DNA of 64,000 bases, taken from positions 9,244-73,243 of the forward strand of contig CAYXIO010000010.1 in the NCBI GenBank assembly GCA_964465125.1, read 5' to 3'. Under the pieces are notes generated by a model. That model saw only the letters and a list, made by a program, of their open reading frames with translations. It had not been told where the DNA came from and ran no database searches. This document shows positions 47,726 through 54,300 of the stretch, piece by piece (within the stretch, counting starts at the first letter, position 1; every line of letters starts with the position of its first letter). The position numbers and the translations under genes are program-made. Origin of the DNA: an uncultured Planctomycetales bacterium. GTDB taxonomy: Bacteria; Planctomycetota; Phycisphaerae; UBA1845; Fen-1342.

Positions 47726-48847
47726 CTACCGCAAGAAACTCGTCAGCCGCTTGATCGTCAGCCGGTCGCAATCGTCGATGGTCTTGGGTGAGATTTCCTT
47801 GAAGTCCTCCCACTGGTTGTTCTGGAAATCGACGATGACCCAGTCGCCGGACTTTTCGCACAGGACGAAGTGCGTGCCGCCCGCGGGGCCGCCGGCAGGG
47901 TCCACGTAGTAGTCGGCGAGAAGTACGTACGGAGTCTCCGGCGGATTGGCCTTGACCCGCTCGCGAAACGCGCGGGCCAGATCCCAGAGCCGCTTCTGCT
48001 GGTTGCTCGATGGCGCCACGTCGATCCGCATGGGCTGGTCGAGCGCGACGGTCTGGCAGCCGAGCTTCTGCGTGAGGGACTCCGCCAGCCGGGTGGCGCT
48101 CTCCGCGTTCGACGTATCACCAACGCGCGTCGCGTAGACGCCGATCCGCGCCGCCTTCAGATCGGCTTTCAATTTCTCCACCCGCTGCTTCATCGCGTCG
48201 CGCTCGGCGTCGCTGGGTGTGCCGGACTTCTCGGCCCAGAGGCGCGCGAACTTGCCCTCGCCTTTGGCCGCGCGGCCGTTCTTCTTCCAGTGCAGTTGCG
48301 AGAAAACCCGTTCGGCGACGAGGGCTGAGCAGCCCATCGGGTCCGGATCGGCCCCGGCGGTGCGCTTGAAGTCGGCGTCCTTGGGCGTTTGGCGATCGCG
48401 GATTACAAGCTGGCCGGACGCGTCGGCGATCAGCCAGCGCACCTCGGTTGGGCCGGTCTTCGGCTCGCCCAGATACTCCGCGTACAGCGCGTAAGCCGTC
48501 TTCGGCGGGTTCTGCTTGAGAAACTCGCCGAAGCGGGCCGGCATTTCTTCCCACGTGGTGTCCGCGGCGGGATTGAACTCGCCGGCGGCGCTCTCGAGGT
48601 TCGACATGCCGTGCTTCTCGAGCATCAGTCCAACGGCGTCGCCGACGTTGCGGTTGGGTTTGCCGACGACGCGCACCGGGTAGATCGTCAGCGTCGCGGC
48701 GGGGCCGGCGGCCTGGAGGGCCGCGAGCCGCTGAGCGGCGTCAGCGCCAGGCTGGGACTGTGCTTGCGCCGCGGGCGCCACGCCCAGCGCAACGAGTCGC
48801 ACGGCGACCCGCACGACCCCGAGTAAAGAGCACGATCGGTGTGACAT
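47726..48847 (-). CDS. Secreted protein of unknown function with internal duplication
   Basis: AAGGAGA lies 6 nt before ATG 48847. Signal peptide ...LVALGVAPAAQAQ. The two halves share NPP[KE]T.Y.L.A.Y...P ... G..VI.D. Confidence 0.55.
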   Translation of the reverse strand: MSHRSCSLLGVVRVAVRLVALGVAPAAQAQSQPGADAAQRLAALQAAGPAATLTIYPVRVVGKPNRNVGDAVGLMLEKHGMSNLESAAGEFNPAADTTWEEMPARFGEFLKQNPPKTAYALYAEYLGEPKTGPTEVRWLIADASGQLVIRDRQTPKDADFKRTAGADPDPMGCSALVAERVFSQLHWKKNGRAAKGEGKFARLWAEKSGTPSDAERDAMKQRVEKLKADLKAARIGVYATRVGDTSNAESATRLAESLTQKLGCQTVALDQPMRIDVAPSSNQQKRLWDLARAFRERVKANPPETPYVLLADYYVDPAGGPAGGTHFVLCEKSGDWVIVDFQNNQWEDFKEISPKTIDDCDRLTIKRLTSFLR

Positions 48848-48927
48848 GGCCATCTCCTTGTGAAAGTCACTGGCTGTGTAATTGGATACTTACATTACAA
48901 GCACACGGACAAATGGTCTCGATTCGC

Positions 48928-49521
48928 TCAGGCACCCTCTCCTTCAAGTAGCAGGCGCCCGACCTCGCCAACCAGGCGCGCACGATCGGCGTCGGTCAGG
49001 ATGCCCAGTTCACGGCCCATGTTCACGGCGGTCCCCAGGCCGATGACCGCCCAGGCCGCCAGCTCGGCGGCCAAGCCGTCGCGGTGCGGCGCGCGTCCGC
49101 GGTGCGCGGCGATCTGGGCCAGCAGGAAGCGGTGAAAGCGCGTGAACATCCGCCCAAGCGCCTCGCGGATGTCGGGATCGTCGGTCTCGCTCAGTCCCGT
49201 GAAGATGAGGCGATAGTGGCCGAATTCGCCCAGGTGCTGGGACTCGTAGTCCAGCAGTTGACGGGCCGTGCTGCCGGTCGGGCGGTCTTGGGAGAGCACG
49301 CGGAGCCACGTTTGCTCGGAGAACTCGTACACGTACTCGATCGCGGCCAGGAACATCGCCTTCTTGTCCGGCCACAGGCGGTAGAGGATGTTCTCTTGCA
49401 CGCCGCAGCGTTCGGCCAGCTCCGCGGTCGTGGCCCGGCGATAGCCGAGCTCGGTGAACGCGCGTGCAACGATCGGCAGCAGCTCTTGGCGTTGCTCGCG
49501 TTGACGGCTGGGGCGGGGCAT
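48928..49521 (-). CDS. TetR-family transcriptional regulator
   Basis: ELLPIVARAFTELGYRRATTAELAERCGVQENILYRLWPDKKAMFLA (TetR HTH). Confidence 0.85.
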   Translation of the reverse strand: MPRPSRQREQRQELLPIVARAFTELGYRRATTAELAERCGVQENILYRLWPDKKAMFLAAIEYVYEFSEQTWLRVLSQDRPTGSTARQLLDYESQHLGEFGHYRLIFTGLSETDDPDIREALGRMFTRFHRFLLAQIAAHRGRAPHRDGLAAELAAWAVIGLGTAVNMGRELGILTDADRARLVGEVGRLLLEGEGA

Positions 49522-49716
49522 CGTCGGTGGCCTTGAAGAGTAAGTATACGCATACAATATGCCACCGAAAAGGCCGGAAGTCAAACCGCGGAATCGTCTG
49601 ATTCTGTGTGGCTTCCGATAATATTGGGCCGGCCTGGCGGCTTGCGATTCTCATTGATTCAGGGCGGGCGCCCCGCGAGAATGGAGTTGAGAGCGAAGCA
49701 GCTCAGGAGATTCTGT

Positions 49717-51036
49717 ATGCGCTGGACCGGCTGGTTCTCGGGGTCGCTGTGCGTTCTGGCACTCTGCGTCGTCGGCGGGGCGGTTCCTGCGCCCGCGGAC
49801 GAGATTACCGTGAAGAACGACTCGATCGTCGATGGCGGGCAGGCCGTCATCGTCGGCGATTTCGCGGTCGGTGAGCAGGCCGGGGCGCGGCTCACGATGC
49901 CGCAGAACGGCACGCTCGTCGCCGTGCAGGTCTTGTGGCTCGAAGGCACGCCTGGCCACCCGCCGAGCCTCCAGAACGCGATCTACATCTACGACGGCAC
50001 GACGTTCCCCACGCCGGGCGCGGCCTTGGCGACGCTGGAAGGTCCGGTGCTGACGCCGGGGTACTGGAACGAGTGGCGTTACCTCGACGAAGCCCAGACC
50101 ATTCCGATCGACATTCCCGTCGTCGCCGGGCAGAAGGTCACCATCGCGCTCGAATTCGGCGAGCCGACCGACGTCGGCAACGGCGGCCCCAGCGTGGTCC
50201 GCGACGTGAACGGGTGCCAGTCGGGCAAGAACGCCCTGTACGCCATCCCGCCCGGCGCGTGGTACAACTTCTGTATCTACCTGGTCGGCGATCTCGCCAT
50301 CCGCGCCGTGCTCGAAATCCCGGACCCCACCGGGGCGTGCTGCTTCATCAACGGCGGCTGCGGCGTGTACAGCCAAGCCGAGTGTACGCAGCTCGGCGGC
50401 ACGTACCAGGGTAACAACACGGACTGTGACCCGAACCCCTGTCCGCTGCCGAGCGGAGCGTGCTGCATCCCCTCCACACAGGGTTGCATCGATCTCAATC
50501 AGACGAATTGCGCGATCGTCGGCGGAATCTGGGCCGGGGCCGGCACGTCCTGCTCGACGTACATCTGCTTCCCGCGCGGGGCGTGCTGTCTGCCCGACGG
50601 CACCTGCCAGGACGACCGCAGCCCTGAGCAGTGCAGCGCCGCGGGCGGTACGTTCCAGGGCCACCAGTCGCAGTGCGCGAACATCAGTTGTCCGCAGCCG
50701 CAGGGCGCGTGCTGCCTGCCGAACGGGAACTGCATCGTTTTTTCGCAGTCCGATTGCGCGATCGTCGGCGGCACGTGGAAGGGCCTCGACACCGACTGCG
50801 CTGATAACAACAGCAACGGCACCGCCGATGCGTGTGAGCAGGAGACCATCTGCCGCGGCGACTGCAACTGCGACGGCGTGATCGACTTTGACGACATCAA
50901 CCCGTTCGTGGACGCCCTCAGCGGCGGCACGCCATGCAGCGTGGAAAACTGCGACGTGAACGACGACGGCGTCATCGACTTCAACGACATCAACCCGCTG
51001 GTGGATGCGTTGAGCAGCGGGGCGGTGTGTCCGTAA
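49717..51036 (+). CDS. Secreted protein with four GACC Cys-rich repeats and a C-terminal dockerin-like pair
   Basis: AGGAGA precedes the ATG, and a signal peptide is present. There are 4 x GACC[FILP]..G.C......C...GG.[YWF].G....C....C. The C-terminus is CRGDCNCDGVIDFDDINPFVDAL...CDVNDDGVIDFNDINPLVDALSSGAVCP. Confidence 0.8.
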   Translation: MRWTGWFSGSLCVLALCVVGGAVPAPADEITVKNDSIVDGGQAVIVGDFAVGEQAGARLTMPQNGTLVAVQVLWLEGTPGHPPSLQNAIYIYDGTTFPTPGAALATLEGPVLTPGYWNEWRYLDEAQTIPIDIPVVAGQKVTIALEFGEPTDVGNGGPSVVRDVNGCQSGKNALYAIPPGAWYNFCIYLVGDLAIRAVLEIPDPTGACCFINGGCGVYSQAECTQLGGTYQGNNTDCDPNPCPLPSGACCIPSTQGCIDLNQTNCAIVGGIWAGAGTSCSTYICFPRGACCLPDGTCQDDRSPEQCSAAGGTFQGHQSQCANISCPQPQGACCLPNGNCIVFSQSDCAIVGGTWKGLDTDCADNNSNGTADACEQETICRGDCNCDGVIDFDDINPFVDALSGGTPCSVENCDVNDDGVIDFNDINPLVDALSSGAVCP

Positions 51037-51149
51037 CTTGTGCTGGCGTGTCGTTCAGTGGACCCGGCCGTCGCTCGCGAGTAGATTCGCAGCGTGAAAC
51101 CCCGCGTGTACATCACTACACCGCCGATGCTCATGTCGGAGGAGCCGCC

Positions 51150-51323
51150 ATGAAGAAGAAGACTGCACCTCCAGAAGATCCCGTCGTGGCCGAAGTGCGT
51201 GCGATCCGGCGGAAGATCTGGAAGGAGGCCGGTGGGACGTTCGAGGGCCTCCAGCGCTACCTGGACCGCGTGGTTCCAGTCGCCAAGCCGCGCCGCCCCA
51301 AGCGGGTGCGGCCTCGGCCTTGA
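51150..51323 (+). CDS. Small basic protein of unknown function
   Basis: GGAGG lies 6 nt before the ATG. MKKKTAPPEDPVVAEVRAIRRKIWKEAGG... Its stop overlaps the candidate uvrA start. Confidence 0.45.
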   Translation: MKKKTAPPEDPVVAEVRAIRRKIWKEAGGTFEGLQRYLDRVVPVAKPRRPKRVRPRP

Positions 51324-54300
51324 TCCGTGAGCGCCGCGTGCAGGGGAGGCACGGGAGACCGCACGCTCAGGCCGCCCAGGGAGCGCGGCGTACCAACGGC
51401 GCGGTCCCCTGGCTCACCGTGCGCGGGGCCACCCATAACAACCTCAAGCACATCGACGTGCGCTTCCCGCTCGGGCGGTTTGTGGGCGTCACGGGCGTCT
51501 CCGGCTCGGGCAAGAGCTCGCTGGTCAACGACATCCTCTACGCCGCGCTCGCCCGTGAGTTGAACAAGGCCACGACACTTGAACCCGGCCCACACGCCGG
51601 CCTCGACGGCCTCCCGCACCTCGACAAGGTCATCGCGATCGACCAGTCGCCGATCGGCCGCACGCCGCGCAGCAACCCGGCGACGTACATCAAGGTCTTC
51701 GACGAAATCCGCGACCTGTTCGCCGAGCTGCCGGACGCGAAGCTGCGCGGTTACAAGCCGGGGCGGTTCAGCTTCAACGTGGCGACGGCGCGTGGCGGGG
51801 GGCGCTGCGAGGCGTGCGAGGGCAACGGGGCCAACCGCATCGAGATGGACTTCCTGGCGGACGTGTGGGTGACCTGCCCGGTGTGCGAAGGCCGGCGGTT
51901 CAGCCGCGAAACGCTCCAGATGCACTTCAAGGGCCAGTCGATCCAGGACGTGCTCGAAATGGAGGTCGGCGCGGCGCTCGAATTGTTCGAAAACCAGGGC
52001 CGCATTCGCAACATGCTCCAGACGCTGCACGACGTGGGGCTCGACTACATCAAGCTCGGGCAGTCGAGCACGACGCTCTCCGGCGGCGAGGCGCAGCGCA
52101 TCAAGCTGGCCCGCGAGCTGGTCAAGAAGCCGACCGGCCGGACGCTGTACGTCCTGGACGAACCCACCACCGGCCTGCACTTCGCGGACATCCGCAAGCT
52201 GCTGACGGTGCTGCACAGCTTCGTCGACGCCGGCAACACCGTCGTTGTGATCGAACACAACCTCGACGTGCTCAAGACCGCCGATTGGATCATCGATCTC
52301 GGCCCCGAGGGCGGCGAGGCCGGCGGCGAGGTCGTCGCCGCGGGCACGCCTGAGGACGTGGCGGCGTGTGCGGCGTCGTATACCGGGCAGGCGTTGCGGA
52401 GCGTGCTCGGCGCGAAGTCCGATGTCAGAAGTGTGATAGAAGTCAGAAGTCAGAAGTCAGAGGCCCCGGAGCGCGCTGGGCAAGGCGCGACTGGTACTTC
52501 TGACTTCTCACTTCATACTTCTCACTTCGTTTCTGTCGTCGGCGCGCGCCAGCACAATCTGAAAGACCTCACCGTCTCCTTTCCGCGCGACCGGATGACC
52601 GTCTGCACCGGCGTGTCGGGTTCGGGCAAGACCAGCTTCGCGATCGACACCGTTTTCACGGAGGGCTATCGGCGCTACGTCGAGTCGCTGTCCGCGTACG
52701 CCCGCCAGTTCCTCGGGCAGATGGCCAAGCCGGCGGTGGACCACGTCCACGGCCTGTCGCCGGCCATCTGCATCGAGCAGCGGGCCGCGGGCAAGAGCCC
52801 GCGCTCGACAGTCGGCACCGTCACCGAAATCTACGACTACATGCGCGTCTTGTGGGCCCGCATCGGCACGCGCTACTGCCCGCACTGCGACGTGCCCATC
52901 GGCACGCAGACCGCCGATGAAATCGTCGCGCGCGTCATGGCCCTCGACGAGGGCACGCCGATCATCCTGCTCGCCCCTATCACGCTGGGCGACGGCGAAT
53001 CGTACGCGGGGCTGTTCAACCGGCTGAAAGCATCGGGCTACACACGTGTGCGGATCGACGGCGAGATTCGCCTGACGGCCCACGCTGCAACGCTCGATGT
53101 CCGCCGCAAGCACCGCGTCGAAGTGGTCGTCGATCGGACGGTCGTACGCGGCAAGTCGCGCGGCCGGATCGCCGAGAGCATCGAGCACGCGCTCTCGCTC
53201 GGCAATGGCGTGATGACGTTGCTCGTCGAGGCCGTGGAGACGGTTGCGGAAGAGGGGCACGAAGGCACGAAGGCACGAAGGCACGAAGGGGAGCATCGGC
53301 CTCCGGCCGGTGCGGTTGGGGAGCATGGGCCTCCGGCCCGTGCAGATGTGAGCGAGGACGGAGAGCCGGGCCCATCCGTTCCCACCTTCCCACCTTCCCA
53401 CGTGCTCACGACTCCCGCCCGCGAATTCATGTACTCGCAGAAGCTCGTCTGCACCCGCTGCGGCACGAGCTTCGAGGAACTCGGCCCCCACCACTTCAGC
53501 TTCAACAGCCCGCTGGGCTGGTGCGAAACGTGCGAGGGCCTCGGCGTGCAACGCGGGGCGCCCGCCGCCGCCATCATCGCCCGGCCCAATCGCACGCTGT
53601 TCGACGGGGCCATCGCCGGCTGGGCACGCATCGAGCGGCGTTCACCGCTGGGCCGTCTGCTGACGAAACTGTGCGAGCACCTGGGGGTGGGCCCCGAAAC
53701 GCCGCTGCGCGACTGGACCGCGGAGCAACGCCGGACGCTGATGTTCGGCGCGGACGGCGGCACGTGGCTCGACGGCGGCGCGCTGTCCGCGGGCGTCCGC
53801 TTCGGCTGGCGGGGTTTTTTCCCCACGATCGACCACGCCACGCGCACTTCGTGGTCGTTCCGGCACCAACTCCGCCACGTGGTCACCGAGATTCCCTGCG
53901 TGACCTGTCGCGGCGGACGCCTGCGGCCGGACGCGGCGGCGGTGCGGCTCGGCGAGGCGTCGATCGTGAAGGTCTGCGAGCTGCCGCTGGCGCAGGCGGC
54001 GGCGTTCTTCCGCGACCTGAAGCTCGACGCCCGCGCGCGGCGGATCGCCGGCGAGTTGCTCAAGGAGACCCGCGATCGCCTCCAGTTTCTGCTGGACGTG
54101 GGGTTGGACTACCTGACGTTGCACCGCGCCGCGCCGACGCTGTCCGGCGGCGAAGCGCAGCGGATTCGGCTCGCCAGTCAGATCGGCAGCGGGCTGTCCG
54201 GCGTTTTGTACGTGTTGGATGAGCCGACGATCGGCTTGCACCCGCGCGACACGCAACGGCTCGTCGATGCGCTGCTCAAGCTGCGTGACTTGGGGAACAC

